Positions 39,487 to 50,100 of a stretch of 64,000 nt of DNA are shown here, piece by piece. The notes under the pieces were generated by a model. It had not been told where the DNA came from and searched no databases. It saw nothing but the letters and a program-made list of their open reading frames with translations. Within the stretch, counting starts at the first letter, position 1, and the number at the start of each line of letters is the position of its first letter. The DNA comes from Candidatus Parcubacteria bacterium. Its GTDB lineage: Bacteria; Patescibacteriota; Minisyncoccia; Phycocordibacterales; UBA2100. A program made the translations under genes and the position numbers. The stretch covers positions 88-64,087 of the forward strand of contig QZJK01000001.1 in assembly GCA_003599295.1 (NCBI GenBank), given 5' to 3'.

Positions 39487-39780
39487 ATTTTGTCCCTTTA
39501 GTATAGCAAAAAATATACCGAAATGGAAGGGGTCTTACGCGAAATGGGGATTCCTATTTCCCAACCTCCAAGCGAGGGGTATTGCCTTTGCGGAACCTGT
39601 GCAGACGGCATATTGAGACGCAGTCTCAATTCCATTTCAACCTTCAAAGCGAAGGCCGATATTGCCCGAGAGAACATCGCGTGGGAGACGCTCTGTTCAA
39701 GGTAATGACCGCGTAGTGGTGATACAGAATACTGTTCCACGCGCGTACTGTTCGGACCGGGCAATATCGGCCCGAGCGCC

Positions 39781-41583
39781 CTACCTAATTTCGAAGCCTC
39801 TTGACTTCAATGCCCCGTACACGCTTTCCATGCGTTGATTAGCGTCTTCGTCGGTCAATGTGCGGTCGAACGATTGGAAGACGAGGCGGAATGCGAGTGA
39901 TACCTTGCCGCCTTTTTCGAATCTGTCGAAGAGGTCAATGCGCTGAAGAAGCTCTCCTGCCGCACCGCGTATTACGGTCTCCACTTCTGCGGGCTCCTGT
40001 CCCGCCGACACCCAAAGCGCGATGTCGCGCACGATGTACGGATATCGCGAGAATGACTGATAGCGTTCCGCGGCAGAAACTGGAAGAGATTCATACGAAA
40101 TCCCTTCGGGTAAGTTCTCTGCCATCTCGGAAAGCAGTTTCTCCGAGACGCCGCCTTTCTCGCTCGCAACACCGACGCATAGTTCTTCTTTTCCATTGCG
40201 CCAAACGGAGCCGATTTCGAAGAGGCGGACTTCGGGTATGCCGAGCAATTCTTTATTGCGAACGTTCCGTTCAAGCGCCTCGGACAGACCATCGGTCAGG
40301 TTTGCGCGGAGGTAGGGTCGTTCTCCGCCGACCTTGTTCAAGACCTCACGTTCGCCGCTCTCCCTGAACACCGATGTGTAAATTTCCGAATAGCCATCGG
40401 ACATCAGGTCTTCGCGTATCCGCTCGCTCCAGAAAAAGTTCTTGTTGATGGGCGGTTTTTTCGGGAACGGCGAGAGTGCAACGGATGGGATTTTGTCATA
40501 GCCAATGATGCGGCCTATCTCTTCGGCAATGTCTTCGGGAATGGATAAGTCGAGGCGCTCGAACGGGACCCGAATCGTGAATGTTCCTTGTGCCGCCTTG
40601 AACGGGAGGTCGAGGCGTGCAAGAACATCCGCCATGTCGCTTTCGGCAAGGCTCCGTCCGAGGACGTCGTTCACTTTCTGGGAGGAAACGGTAATTTCGG
40701 TGGACGGAAGCGGCGACGGGTACTCGTCCGCGAATCCTACGAGTTCTCCTCCGGCAAGTTCGATAATAAGATCCGCCGCGGCGCGGATGCCGTAGGCAGC
40801 CAGTTCCGGCGAAATGACCTGCTGGAAGCGCTCGGAAGCATCGGTCCGAAGTTTTTGCGCCTGCGCGGTACGGCGCACGGAGACGCCATCGAAATTCGCA
40901 GATTCGAGGATGATGTCATGTGTTGAGTTCTTTACTGCCGCGAAGATACCGCCCTTTACGCCGGCAATACCAACCACTTGTCCCGTTACACCATCGGCTA
41001 TCACAAGATCTTCGGCGTTCAATGCGAATTGTTTATTATCAAGACTTGTTATTGGTTCATCTTGAGATGCTCGCCTGACGATTATTTTCTTGGTATCTCC
41101 GCCTTGTGCTAGGTTAAGAGCATCAAAAGCGTGTAATGGTTGACCAAGATTGAACATTACATAATTTGTGGCATCTACAACATTATTGACAGGGCGTTGC
41201 CCAATAGATTCTAGAAATCGAATGATTCTTTGATCTTTTGTAGGACCAACATCTACACCCCGAATGTGCGCTGCTATATAGCGAGAACAAAGCGTGGGTT
41301 CTTTTATTGAGACTGATACGTTCTCCGAATGCGGTGTGAGTATTACTTTTTCTCGAAGCGGGTCGTTCTTCATCGAAAGCTTCAAGATGGCTGATAGCTC
41401 TTTCGCAATACCGCGATGACTCAAACAATCATGTCCGCGATTCGGAGTTACTTTCACGTCCAGAATGTCGTTCTCCACGCTCTCAATTTCGAATGCATGG
41501 AACGTCAGGGCGTCGGACAAGACATCGGCCTCCGGCAGTTCTTTCTCGAAGTACGTCTGAAGCCAGTCGCGGGATATCTTCAT
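39781..41583 (-). CDS. pheT: Phenylalanyl-tRNA synthetase beta subunit (short form, 600 aa)
   Basis: N-terminus MKISRDWLQTYFEK; TPNRGHDCLSHRGIAKE; B3/4 and B5 core; the N-terminal OB-fold tRNA-binding domain seems absent. Confidence 0.88.
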   Translation of the reverse strand: MKISRDWLQTYFEKELPEADVLSDALTFHAFEIESVENDILDVKVTPNRGHDCLSHRGIAKELSAILKLSMKNDPLREKVILTPHSENVSVSIKEPTLCSRYIAAHIRGVDVGPTKDQRIIRFLESIGQRPVNNVVDATNYVMFNLGQPLHAFDALNLAQGGDTKKIIVRRASQDEPITSLDNKQFALNAEDLVIADGVTGQVVGIAGVKGGIFAAVKNSTHDIILESANFDGVSVRRTAQAQKLRTDASERFQQVISPELAAYGIRAAADLIIELAGGELVGFADEYPSPLPSTEITVSSQKVNDVLGRSLAESDMADVLARLDLPFKAAQGTFTIRVPFERLDLSIPEDIAEEIGRIIGYDKIPSVALSPFPKKPPINKNFFWSERIREDLMSDGYSEIYTSVFRESGEREVLNKVGGERPYLRANLTDGLSEALERNVRNKELLGIPEVRLFEIGSVWRNGKEELCVGVASEKGGVSEKLLSEMAENLPEGISYESLPVSAAERYQSFSRYPYIVRDIALWVSAGQEPAEVETVIRGAAGELLQRIDLFDRFEKGGKVSLAFRLVFQSFDRTLTDEDANQRMESVYGALKSRGFEIR

Positions 41584-41586
41584 GAT

Positions 41587-42336
41587 TCAAAATTGGTTGA
41601 TGAAGCGCAGGTCGGCGGAGTGCATGAGGCGTATGTCGTCGATGCCCCAGCGGAGAATGGCGAGTCGATCGAGGCCCATACCGAAGGCGAATCCGCGGTA
41701 TTTCTCAGGATCAACGCCGGCGTTCTTGAGAACGTTCGGATGCACCATGCCCGCACCCATCATTTCTATCCATGTGCCGCGCAATTTTTCCGGTACGTTC
41801 TCGCCCGCGACGCGCATATCTACTTCGACTGACGGCTCGGTGAAAGGAAAGAAGCTCGGGCGGAATCGCACTTCGACGTCCGCGCCCCTGAACAGCTCTT
41901 TGAAAAAGCGTTCAAGCGTGCCCTTGAGGTGCGCGAGCGTTATATCCTCTCCAACGGCAAGTCCTTCTATCTGATAGAACTCCGCTTCATGCGTGATATC
42001 CGTCGCTTCGTTCCTGAACACTTTCCCGGGCACGATGATGCGGTACGGAGGTAAGATATTCTTTTTCATCTGCGTCTCCATATAGTGCACCTGTACGGGG
42101 CTGGTGTGCGTGCGCAAAACGTGTCCCGACTCGCCCTTTACGAAAAATGTATCCTGCATGTCGCGCGCCGGGTGATCTTTAGGGACGTTCAGCATGTCGA
42201 AGTTATATCGTTCGCTCTCAAGAAGCGGTCCTTCTTCAAAGGCGAAGCCCATTCTCTCGAAAATGCCGTTCGCCTCGCGGATAAGGCTCGAGATCGGATG
42301 CATGTGACCGCGTTCCATCGGGTCAGTATAGCCCAT
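41587..42336 (-). CDS. pheS: Phenylalanyl-tRNA synthetase alpha subunit (short form, 249 aa)
   Basis: HPARDMQDTFF class II motif; 4-nt gap to pheT. Confidence 0.9.
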   Translation of the reverse strand: MGYTDPMERGHMHPISSLIREANGIFERMGFAFEEGPLLESERYNFDMLNVPKDHPARDMQDTFFVKGESGHVLRTHTSPVQVHYMETQMKKNILPPYRIIVPGKVFRNEATDITHEAEFYQIEGLAVGEDITLAHLKGTLERFFKELFRGADVEVRFRPSFFPFTEPSVEVDMRVAGENVPEKLRGTWIEMMGAGMVHPNVLKNAGVDPEKYRGFAFGMGLDRLAILRWGIDDIRLMHSADLRFINQF

Positions 42337-42383
42337 ACCACAGTGGGAATTAAAGGCGATTTCTGCTATTATTCGTCGTTCAT

Positions 42384-43619
42384 ATGGCTGAAGCCGGAAC
42401 CTTCATAACGCTCGGACTTCTTTTCCTCGCATTTTATTTCGAGGTTTTTTTGCTTGTGTCATTCCTCGAACGACAATTCGGTCTTCGCACGGCAGCGCCG
42501 GCAAAGAAACCGGTTGTTTTTCCCAAGGTCGCCATCGTCGTCCCTTGTTTCAATGAGGAGAGAACGGTCGGCAAATCTCTGCTCTCGCTCCTCGCGCTTG
42601 CATATCCGAAAGAAAAACTGGAGATACTGGTCATTGATGACGGTTCGACCGACGATACCTACGAGACTGCTTTGCGATATACGAATGACCCGAGGGTCAG
42701 GGTGTTCAGAAAAGAGAACGGCGGCAAACACACCGCGCTCAATTTCGCCCTTGCGCGTACCGATGCGGAACTCATCGGCTGTCTCGACGCGGACTCAATG
42801 GTAGACCAGCACGCGCTCGAGAGAATAGCGTCCGGCTTCGAGAATCCGCGCGTTGCGGCAGTAACTCCGGGCATTCACGTCGATGCGCCGCGCACTCTGA
42901 TACAGCACCTTCAGTACGTAGAGTATCGGCTAAGCGTGTTCAACCGCTACGCGTTCGCGGGGCTCGGCTCGATATTCATTACGCCCGGGCCGTTCTCTAT
43001 TTTTCGGGCGTCAGCCATCCGAGATATCGGCGGTTGGCGGCACGGACACTCAACGGAAGACATGGAGCTGGGGCTTCGGCTTCAGAGCGCGGGGTGGACG
43101 ATAACGAACGACCCGCTTGCGACCGTCTATACAAAAACTCCGGAGAGTCTTCGCACGCTCATTCGTCAGCGAGTACGCTGGTCGTATGGATTCCTGAAGA
43201 ACGTATTCGACTATCGTCATATGATTGGAAATCCGAAGTACGGGAATTTGGGGCTTATCATCTTGCCCGCGGCGCTTGTCTCTTTTGGCGCGGGTCTTTA
43301 CTTTGCGGGACGCTTTTTCTTCTATCTCATACGATCTGCGGCCGACACGACATCTCATTATCTCGCGACCGGCATCGAGCCATGGCAATCGTTCGATCCG
43401 TTATTCGCTCTGAACACGAGTTTCCTCTGGATTACCGTATATGCGACGGTCGCGATGACGGTCGTCTTGATATCGCTTGGCACATACCTCTCGACCGGAA
43501 AGCGTTACCCTCCAGTCGCGACACCGCTCTTCCTCGCGCTCTATAGTTTTATTGTTCCCTTGTGGCTTGGCATCGCGCTTGTTCGTGCCGTCCTCAACAC
43601 GGGCGTTCGCTGGCGATAG
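42384..43619 (+). CDS. Family-2 processive glycosyltransferase (membrane; cellulose/chitin/PNAG-synthase-like)
   Basis: N-terminal TM; VIDDGSTDDT; DAD motif; QRVRWSYG (QxxRW processivity motif); C-terminal TM bundle. Confidence 0.85.
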   Translation: MAEAGTFITLGLLFLAFYFEVFLLVSFLERQFGLRTAAPAKKPVVFPKVAIVVPCFNEERTVGKSLLSLLALAYPKEKLEILVIDDGSTDDTYETALRYTNDPRVRVFRKENGGKHTALNFALARTDAELIGCLDADSMVDQHALERIASGFENPRVAAVTPGIHVDAPRTLIQHLQYVEYRLSVFNRYAFAGLGSIFITPGPFSIFRASAIRDIGGWRHGHSTEDMELGLRLQSAGWTITNDPLATVYTKTPESLRTLIRQRVRWSYGFLKNVFDYRHMIGNPKYGNLGLIILPAALVSFGAGLYFAGRFFFYLIRSAADTTSHYLATGIEPWQSFDPLFALNTSFLWITVYATVAMTVVLISLGTYLSTGKRYPPVATPLFLALYSFIVPLWLGIALVRAVLNTGVRWR

Positions 43620-43622
43620 CAT

Positions 43623-44342
43623 ATGGACAACGAGACTCCGGGAGAAGCGCGGAAGGCCCGCTGGCTGACGTATGTAATAGCGTTCGGCATTACGACTATC
43701 ATCTTTGGGACTGCGTTGTATGTCTCGAATTATTTCAACGACGTGCGCGCGGCGGAAATACGGGCGGCGCAGGACAATATTTCGATAGACATACTTTCCA
43801 TCGAAACGCAGTTCGACCTGCTCGCGGAACAATCCTGCCGCGATATCTCCGAAAGCTCGGTGCTCTCGACGGAACTCCGCTCTATCGCGGAACGCCTTTC
43901 CTACCTTGAATCTCAGACGGGGGTGAATGTAGAAGAGCTCACCAGCCTGAAGCGGTATTACTCGCTCCTCCAGATAAAAGACCTGCTCCTCATGCAACGC
44001 GTCTCGGAAAAATGCCGTCTCAATCCCGTATTCATCCTGTACTTTTACTCGAATGAAGGCGATTGCGAAGCGTGCGAAGACCAGGGGGATATCCTGACCG
44101 AACTCTCGCGAAGCTACCCGCAGCTTCGCGTGTACTCGTTCGATTACAACTTATCGGTCTCTCCCCTTCGAACGCTCATCAACATCAACAACATCGAGAA
44201 AGACTTGCCTGCCCTCGTCATCAAGGAAGAAGTCTATTACGGATTCCGCAGCGTGGACGATATCAAACAAATACTTCCGGAACTGGCAACGCTCCAGATG
44301 GCAACGAGTACGCGTGCAGCGACGGGAACAAAGGCCAGATGA
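43623..44342 (+). CDS. Hypothetical membrane-anchored protein with CxxC motif in a thioredoxin-like context
   Basis: Start 4 nt after the GT2 stop; TM WLTYVIAFGITTIIFGTALYV; VFILYFYSNEGDCEACEDQGD (beta strand then CxxC). Confidence 0.5.
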   Translation: MDNETPGEARKARWLTYVIAFGITTIIFGTALYVSNYFNDVRAAEIRAAQDNISIDILSIETQFDLLAEQSCRDISESSVLSTELRSIAERLSYLESQTGVNVEELTSLKRYYSLLQIKDLLLMQRVSEKCRLNPVFILYFYSNEGDCEACEDQGDILTELSRSYPQLRVYSFDYNLSVSPLRTLININNIEKDLPALVIKEEVYYGFRSVDDIKQILPELATLQMATSTRAATGTKAR

Positions 44343-44395
44343 AAATTTCCTCGACCCCTCACAATCTGAGATTCTTCTCACTCACTTTGTTCGTG

Positions 44396-44467
44396 AGCCG
44401 CCTCCCAGATTTGAACTGGGGACCTTCTCTTTACAAAAGAGTTGCTCTACCACTGAGCTAAGGCGGC
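44396..44467 (-). tRNA. tRNA-Thr (anticodon UGU)
   Basis: Minus strand GCCGCCTTAGCTCAGTGGTAGAGCAACTCTTTTGTAAAGAGAAGGTCCCCAGTTCAAATCTGGGAGGCGGCT folds as a cloverleaf (7-bp acceptor, D arm GCTC/GAGC, anticodon loop TTTGTAA, T arm CCCAG/CTGGG with TTCAAAT loop); CCA not encoded. Confidence 0.85.
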
Positions 44468-44500
44468 GCTTCGACATTCTGCGCGAAGTACGGCCATTTT

Positions 44501-45109
44501 TCAAGGCTTCTCCTCTGACGCCTCAATAACGGGTTCACGCCCGATTTCCGCGGTACGTTTCTTTTTTCTTCCTTTAATGCCGAAACGAGACAGTCTTGTT
44601 CTGCGAGGTTTGGAAATAGCCGCGCTTTGCTCTACTAAAAGCTCCTGCGCGGGAGCCGGCAGCGCCGGTTCAACTACAGGGCTCACAGAAACCGGCGCGG
44701 GAACCTCCTCTCGAGGAAGTGCGCCGTTCCGATTCGTTATCGGGTAGTCCGTCACCTGTTTTAGGAACTCGGAGCGCGTCTCCTTGCGCTCGAAACGATG
44801 CTTATAGGAAACGAGGTCGGCGAGCGCATGAGAGCGTTCCCCTATCCAATGCGCAAGGTGTCCGAACCCTATCGCCAATACCCGAACGATGGCACTCGCA
44901 ATCGCGAGAAGAAGCGGAGGAAGTTTCTCGAGGTCGTGAGAACTGGCAAGAATCATAGCTTTTAATTTGACCGCTTTTTCATCCGCCCCGCGGCGAAACT
45001 CCGACAGCACCATCCGCTGATGCTCCTCCTCCCAGCGTTTGAGAGTAAAAAGCCCTATGATGCCGGCGCACGCGAGAAAGAAAGCTGTTCCCGCGAAAAT
45101 CATATGCAT
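44501..45109 (-). CDS. Hypothetical membrane protein with basic C-terminus
   Basis: N-terminal TM helices; stop overlaps the tsf stop region; no known domain. Confidence 0.4.
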   Translation of the reverse strand: MHMIFAGTAFFLACAGIIGLFTLKRWEEEHQRMVLSEFRRGADEKAVKLKAMILASSHDLEKLPPLLLAIASAIVRVLAIGFGHLAHWIGERSHALADLVSYKHRFERKETRSEFLKQVTDYPITNRNGALPREEVPAPVSVSPVVEPALPAPAQELLVEQSAAISKPRRTRLSRFGIKGRKKKRTAEIGREPVIEASEEKP

Positions 45110-45690
45110 TACTTGACCGAGAGGCGCTCGAAGCGAGCGACCTCGACCCGCTCGCCGAATTTCTGCACCGCCGAATCAAGGAGTCCCTTGATGGTTATTG
45201 TCGGGTCTTTGACGAATGACTGTTCGAGAAGTACCCGCTCGCCGATGTACGTGTTCAACTTTCCTTCGATGACCTTTGCACGCATCTTTTCCGGAACTAC
45301 TGATGCCTCCTTCTCGAAAACCTCCTTTGCGGCTTTGACGTCGGCATCTTTCACATCCTCGCGGGTCCGGAATTGCGGGTTCATGGCCGCAACGTGCATG
45401 GCGATGTCATACGCGAGCGCTTTGAATTGCTCGCCTTTCGAAACGAAGTCTGTTTCGCACAGAAGAACAACTGCCGCCACGACGGAGCCGCCCGCGTGCG
45501 TGTATGCTGCGACTACTCCTGCGCCGAGCTCGCGGTCGCTTTTCTTGCTCGCTATCGCGGCGCTTTGCTTGCGGAGAATGACCTTCGCCTTCTCGATATC
45601 GCCGCCTGCTTCCTCAAGCGCTTTCTTGCATTGCATGACGGACACGCCGGTCTCGTCGCGCAGCTGCTTTAAGGTTTCGTTTACTGCCAT
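45109..45690 (-). CDS. tsf: Elongation factor Ts
   Basis: MAVNETLKQLRDETGVSVMQCKKALEEAGGDIEKA (UBA-like N-terminus); downstream of rpsB. Confidence 0.88.
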   Translation of the reverse strand: MAVNETLKQLRDETGVSVMQCKKALEEAGGDIEKAKVILRKQSAAIASKKSDRELGAGVVAAYTHAGGSVVAAVVLLCETDFVSKGEQFKALAYDIAMHVAAMNPQFRTREDVKDADVKAAKEVFEKEASVVPEKMRAKVIEGKLNTYIGERVLLEQSFVKDPTITIKGLLDSAVQKFGERVEVARFERLSVK

Positions 45691-45746
45691 AGTGTGAAAA
45701 TACAATAATACCCTGTTGGATCGGGACAGGCACGCGGTGTATGGGG

Positions 45747-46493
45747 TTAAGCCGCCGAACCGGCGTTCTTGACGTCTCCCTGCGAATTCCCTTTCGCGCG
45801 GTGCGCGTCAGCATGCCCGCGCACGCAGCTTTCAGAAATAGCGTCGCAAATGATCCGCACGCTTTTGACGGACGTATCATTCGCGGGGATCGGGAATTGT
45901 ATGAGCGAGAAGTCGCAATCCGAGCTCGCGAGTCCGATGACAGGAATGTGAAGCTGGTTCGCTTCGCGGACGGCCGTGTCTTCGTGCCGCGTGTCAACGA
46001 TGAACAAAGCTCCTGGCAATTCTGGCATGCCTGCGAGTCCGCCGAAACGAATCGTGAGTTCGTCTATCTCGCGGTCTATGAGAAGGCGTTCGCGCTTCGT
46101 GTATTTCTCAAGCTCTCCCGACTCGCGCTCCGCCATGAGTTTTTGCATGCGCTCCACGCGCTTTCGGATGTTCTTGAAATTGGTGAGCGTGCCGCCTATC
46201 CAGCGGCCGACCACGTAGGGCATGCCGGCAGAAAGAGCCGCGGACTTTACGATATCTCCGGCCTCCTCTTTCCCGCTTACGAAAAGCACCTGTTTCCCGC
46301 TTCCCGCGAGAGAAGCAAGGAACGCTGTAGCGGCTTCTATGCGCTTTCCTGTCTCTTCGAGGTCAAAAATGTCCGTGTGGTCTTTGGTGCCGAAGAGGTA
46401 GGATGAGGCGCTCGGGTGGCGACGCGCGCGAGAGTAGCCAAAATGCGCTCCGGCCTCGTATAGAGTCTGAACGTCAATTGCGGATTTTGTCAT
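45747..46493 (-). CDS. rpsB: 30S ribosomal protein S2
   Basis: LYEAGAHFGYSRARRHPSASSYLFG; rpsB-tsf arrangement. Confidence 0.92.
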   Translation of the reverse strand: MTKSAIDVQTLYEAGAHFGYSRARRHPSASSYLFGTKDHTDIFDLEETGKRIEAATAFLASLAGSGKQVLFVSGKEEAGDIVKSAALSAGMPYVVGRWIGGTLTNFKNIRKRVERMQKLMAERESGELEKYTKRERLLIDREIDELTIRFGGLAGMPELPGALFIVDTRHEDTAVREANQLHIPVIGLASSDCDFSLIQFPIPANDTSVKSVRIICDAISESCVRGHADAHRAKGNSQGDVKNAGSAA

Positions 46494-46531
46494 GATGTAA
46501 AAGCCTTTTGGGCCGGTGAATACTACCAGAA

Positions 46532-47512
46532 TCAGCCCGCCGTCGCAACCGCCTCACCGGCTTCCGCAGCCTGAAGTTCTTTCAACATGGGGCCTATCCC
46601 CCCCGCAAGTATTTTGGGGATGTTCGACCAAGAACTTTTGATGCGGTGATCGGTCACGCGGTCCTGTGGAAAATTGTACGTGCGTATCTTCTCGGACCGG
46701 TCCCCTGTCCCTATCTGGCCGCTTCGCTCGGCCGAGCGAAGACGCGCCTCTTCTTCATCCTTCGCCTGCTGGAGCCGGCTCGCCAATAGCTTCATCGCCT
46801 TCTCGCGATTCTGCTGCTGGCTCCGCTCGGAGGTACATTTCACTTCAATGCCGGTCGGTTTGTGCACGAGCCTGACCGCAGTCTCCACTTTGTTCACGTT
46901 TTGCCCGCCTGCGCCGCCCGAGCGAGCGAATGACATTTCGATATCAGAGGGATTTATCTCCATCTTAGTGCGTTTATAAAGCGGAAGTATCGCGACCGAG
47001 GCAGTCGACGTATGGATGCGCCCCGCTTTCTCTGTCGCGGGCACGCGCTGGACGCGATGCACGCCGGTCTCGTACTGAAGTTCCTTGTAGCAATCCTGGC
47101 CTTTTATCTCGAACTGCGCTTCTTTGTAGCCGCCAAGCGGCGACCCGGATTCATCAAGCGGTTTCCACGACCAGCCGCGCGATTCGGCATAGCGGAGGTA
47201 CATCTTCGCAAGGTCCTCCGCAAAAAGCGATGCTTCTTCGCCGCCGACTCCCGCGCGCACTTCGAGTATGAGCTCGTTCGGCCATTCGCGCTCGCCGGGC
47301 GCGCCGACGATGGCCTCTATCTGCGCCATAAGGCGGTCTTTCTCCGCGCCGATGTCTTTGAGTTCCTTATCGGCGAGCTCGCGCATTCCGGGATCGACTT
47401 CTACAAGCTCCGTTGCGTCGCGCTCGGCTTGTGAAAGCCGCTTCCATTCGGAAACGAGGTATGCCACGCGGTGGTCGTTCGCGAATTCTTCCGGGTTAAT
47501 GTGCGTACTCAT
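46532..47512 (-). CDS. prfA: Peptide chain release factor 1
   Basis: GGQ motif [18 protein letters not shown]; PAT tripeptide (RF1-type, not SPF) in [16 protein letters not shown]. Confidence 0.85.
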   Translation of the reverse strand: MSTHINPEEFANDHRVAYLVSEWKRLSQAERDATELVEVDPGMRELADKELKDIGAEKDRLMAQIEAIVGAPGEREWPNELILEVRAGVGGEEASLFAEDLAKMYLRYAESRGWSWKPLDESGSPLGGYKEAQFEIKGQDCYKELQYETGVHRVQRVPATEKAGRIHTSTASVAILPLYKRTKMEINPSDIEMSFARSGGAGGQNVNKVETAVRLVHKPTGIEVKCTSERSQQQNREKAMKLLASRLQQAKDEEEARLRSAERSGQIGTGDRSEKIRTYNFPQDRVTDHRIKSSWSNIPKILAGGIGPMLKELQAAEAGEAVATAG

Positions 47513-47583
47513 AGAAATAAGTGTACAGCGGTTGCATGAAAGCGCGACACCCCGAAGGGCGGGGTGTCGCGCCGAATATGTAG

Positions 47584-47853
47584 TTATTTCTTGTCTTTCT
47601 TCGTCGTCTTCTTCGCGGCGCGGGTCTTGAACTTCTCGACGCGGCCCGCAGTGTCGATGGTCTTTGATGTGCCGGTGTAGAAAGGGTGCGATGCGCTCGA
47701 TATTTCAACCCGGAACACGGGGTACTCTTTGCCGTCGTCCCACTTGTCGGTTTTCGAGGCGGCGACCGTTGAGGAAATCAAAAAACGCTTGCCGGAGGTG
47801 GCATCTTCAAAAATGACGGGACGGTAGTCCTTCGGGTGTATATCCTTTTTCAT
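47584..47853 (-). CDS. rpmE: 50S ribosomal protein L31
   Basis: [29 protein letters not shown]...HPFYTG. Confidence 0.85.
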   Translation of the reverse strand: MKKDIHPKDYRPVIFEDATSGKRFLISSTVAASKTDKWDDGKEYPVFRVEISSASHPFYTGTSKTIDTAGRVEKFKTRAAKKTTKKDKK

Positions 47854-47935
47854 TGTCCGCGTACTATACAAAAAATACGCTTAAAAGCAATTCCGTATTC
47901 GACAGGACGCCGACGAACAGTGAAGGCGAGGATGT

Positions 47936-48658
47936 TCAGTCCTCGCCCTCGTCGGCTAGCGCCAGAAGCATTGCCTCGAGCTTCCTTGCGACGACCTGAG
48001 GATCCGATTCCTCAAATCGCACGGGATGCCCGATCTTAATCCGTATCGGCAACCAGCCCCTCCTTTGGTCTTTGACCCATGGGTACGAGACCGAGATAGG
48101 AAGGACTGTCGGGCGAGCCGCTACTACTATTTCGCCCGTCCGCTTTCGAAGTGGTCGGAGCTCGTTATCTTTTGGGCTCCGAAGTCGTTCGTTCTCGGGA
48201 ATCCTCCATGTGCGCCCGCCCTCGGGGAACAGGATTATTCGCCCGCCAATGCGAAGGATCGCACCCATTCTGCGTAGCGCTCTATACGTTGCGTGAAGGA
48301 ACTGCCGGTTCGTTTCTCCTTCCGCACGTTTCCGAGGCACGGGTATATTCCGCGCGCCGCCTACCCAGAAGAACCATGCGAACTTCGTCTCCAGGTTCGT
48401 CCGGTCCGGTGTCGACCATGGCCCCCATTTGATCGGAGACCATATCCACTCCCGCACGAAGAGCGAGGGAATGAAGAACGGCTCGACAAGCGACGGGTGA
48501 TTGACCGCGATGAGGAGCGATGATTTCCAGCGCGGGATACGCTCTCCGTGAATGAGTTGCACCAGGCCTACTGCCCGCAGTAGGTGAAAGATGCCGGCGA
48601 TGATGGTTCCTGCAACGTAGGCGAGCGCGAACTGCGGCGCTTTATTCGACTTTTGCAT
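47936..48658 (-). CDS. Lysophospholipid acyltransferase (PlsC-like)
   Basis: N-terminal TM; NHPSLVEP (HX4D/E-like); FPEGGRT motif. Confidence 0.6.
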   Translation of the reverse strand: MQKSNKAPQFALAYVAGTIIAGIFHLLRAVGLVQLIHGERIPRWKSSLLIAVNHPSLVEPFFIPSLFVREWIWSPIKWGPWSTPDRTNLETKFAWFFWVGGARNIPVPRKRAEGETNRQFLHATYRALRRMGAILRIGGRIILFPEGGRTWRIPENERLRSPKDNELRPLRKRTGEIVVAARPTVLPISVSYPWVKDQRRGWLPIRIKIGHPVRFEESDPQVVARKLEAMLLALADEGED

Positions 48659-48729
48659 CGTGCCCTCCCTTTTGTGGCCAAAATGGCCCCGCGGCATCCT
48701 AGCAAACCCGCAGACGGCAAGCGAGCAGG

Positions 48730-50079
48730 TTATCTCCCTTCCAAAATATCAATGTCCTTTTGATACTGGTCGGCAAAGCTCATCACGTCATCCCCATAGA
48801 ACGCGTAGGCGGCCTTCCGTGCATTCGCCCAGCCAGCGAAGTAGCGGAGTGCCGCGAGGCGCTCCGCCGCACGCGTTCCCGCGTCCGCACCGTTATCGGC
48901 CATTAAGAGGGCCGAGGCGAAGATGGCGGTCCGCGCTGTCCACGGGTTCGGAGGATTCTCGCCGGAAATGCGCGCGATGCGGTCCTTATAAAGAACCCAC
49001 GTCGAGGGGATGAATTGCGCCGGCCCCATGGCGCCGCCCCAGCCGTACGAAGGTTTTTTCGATACCGGCATCGTGTCAGGATTCAGTCCGAGTTCTTCCA
49101 TGAGTTCCGCGAATACCGGCTGGTCGCGGGTCGGGTGCATGTCCGCTTTCCAGTTGCCAGTGCCAACGTTCTGGCCGAGGTTCGACTCTTCACGGAGTAT
49201 CCCGAGTATGACCGCGGGCCGGACTCCCGTCACGGCAGATGCTTCTTTCGCATATTGATACGCGATGCCAAAAGAGATGGCGGTCGAGTCGCGCAAACCG
49301 AACAAAGCCGAACGTATTTGCGCCGCCTGCTGCTCCCGCTCTGCTATGAGCGACTGATACGTCTTCTCTTCGCCCTTTGTCACCGTCAGTATCTGCTGCT
49401 TCTCTTTCTCCTTCTTCTCGATAGCTTGCCGTTCCAACACTTGAAGCCGCCGCAGCTGCTCTTCTTCGCTCTGCTTTCCCTCAAGCGCGACTTTTCGCGC
49501 CGACAGATCAACGCGAAGCGTGGCCATCTCGTCGAACGAAAGATCGAGCGCACGCTCGACACGCTCGAAATCATCGACATCGCGGAAAAAATCGGTGAGT
49601 GAACCGGAGAGGACGAGTTCGGTGAGCGAAGTGTCGTCTATTTCACGGGTGCGCCGGAGTATCTGTGCCAACGACGCGGCGCTTCGTCCGACCTTCTTAT
49701 CCAACTCTGCGATGGCGACCTGTTTGTTGCCGATGTCGTCGCGTATCTTCGAGAGAGTTATGTCGCGGTATTTTATTTGTTGTTGAGCGATACCTATCTG
49801 ATTGTCGAGAATGGCGATGTCACGCTCAAGCGTGGTGCGCTCTTTTTGCTTTTCGGATAGCACGCCTCTCTTCTGAATAATATCTTGCTCTATGACCGCG
49901 AGCTCCTGTTCAAGCCGCGCCCGCCGCTCTTCCACCGTCTCAGCCGCAGTGAAAAATGGCACCTGCAAAAAGGGTGTTGCCGCAAATATGAACAACAAAA
50001 AAAGCGTTTGCGCGCGTTTTCGCGTATGCATCGCGATAAGTATAGCAAACGCTCGCGCGCGCTTCGTATCCGTCCTCAC
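48730..50079 (-). CDS. Secreted coiled-coil protein with C-terminal SLT-type lytic transglycosylase domain
   Basis: Signal peptide; long coiled coil; C-terminal ILGILREESNLGQ and GAMGPAQFIPSTW (SLT hallmark). Confidence 0.7.
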   Translation of the reverse strand: MRTDTKRARAFAILIAMHTRKRAQTLFLLFIFAATPFLQVPFFTAAETVEERRARLEQELAVIEQDIIQKRGVLSEKQKERTTLERDIAILDNQIGIAQQQIKYRDITLSKIRDDIGNKQVAIAELDKKVGRSAASLAQILRRTREIDDTSLTELVLSGSLTDFFRDVDDFERVERALDLSFDEMATLRVDLSARKVALEGKQSEEEQLRRLQVLERQAIEKKEKEKQQILTVTKGEEKTYQSLIAEREQQAAQIRSALFGLRDSTAISFGIAYQYAKEASAVTGVRPAVILGILREESNLGQNVGTGNWKADMHPTRDQPVFAELMEELGLNPDTMPVSKKPSYGWGGAMGPAQFIPSTWVLYKDRIARISGENPPNPWTARTAIFASALLMADNGADAGTRAAERLAALRYFAGWANARKAAYAFYGDDVMSFADQYQKDIDILEGR

Positions 50080-50100
50080 ATACGTGAAGACGGCAAGAAA

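Noticed and set aside
44314-44529. + strand ORF spanning the tRNA-Thr region
   Set aside because: The sequence folds as a canonical tRNA on the minus strand, so the ORF is spurious.
48730-50079. Alternative call as EnvC/M23 peptidase activator because of the long coiled coil
   Set aside because: The C-terminal domain carries the SLT lytic transglycosylase hallmarks (ESN..., GAMGPAQFIPSTW) rather than an M23/LytM motif.
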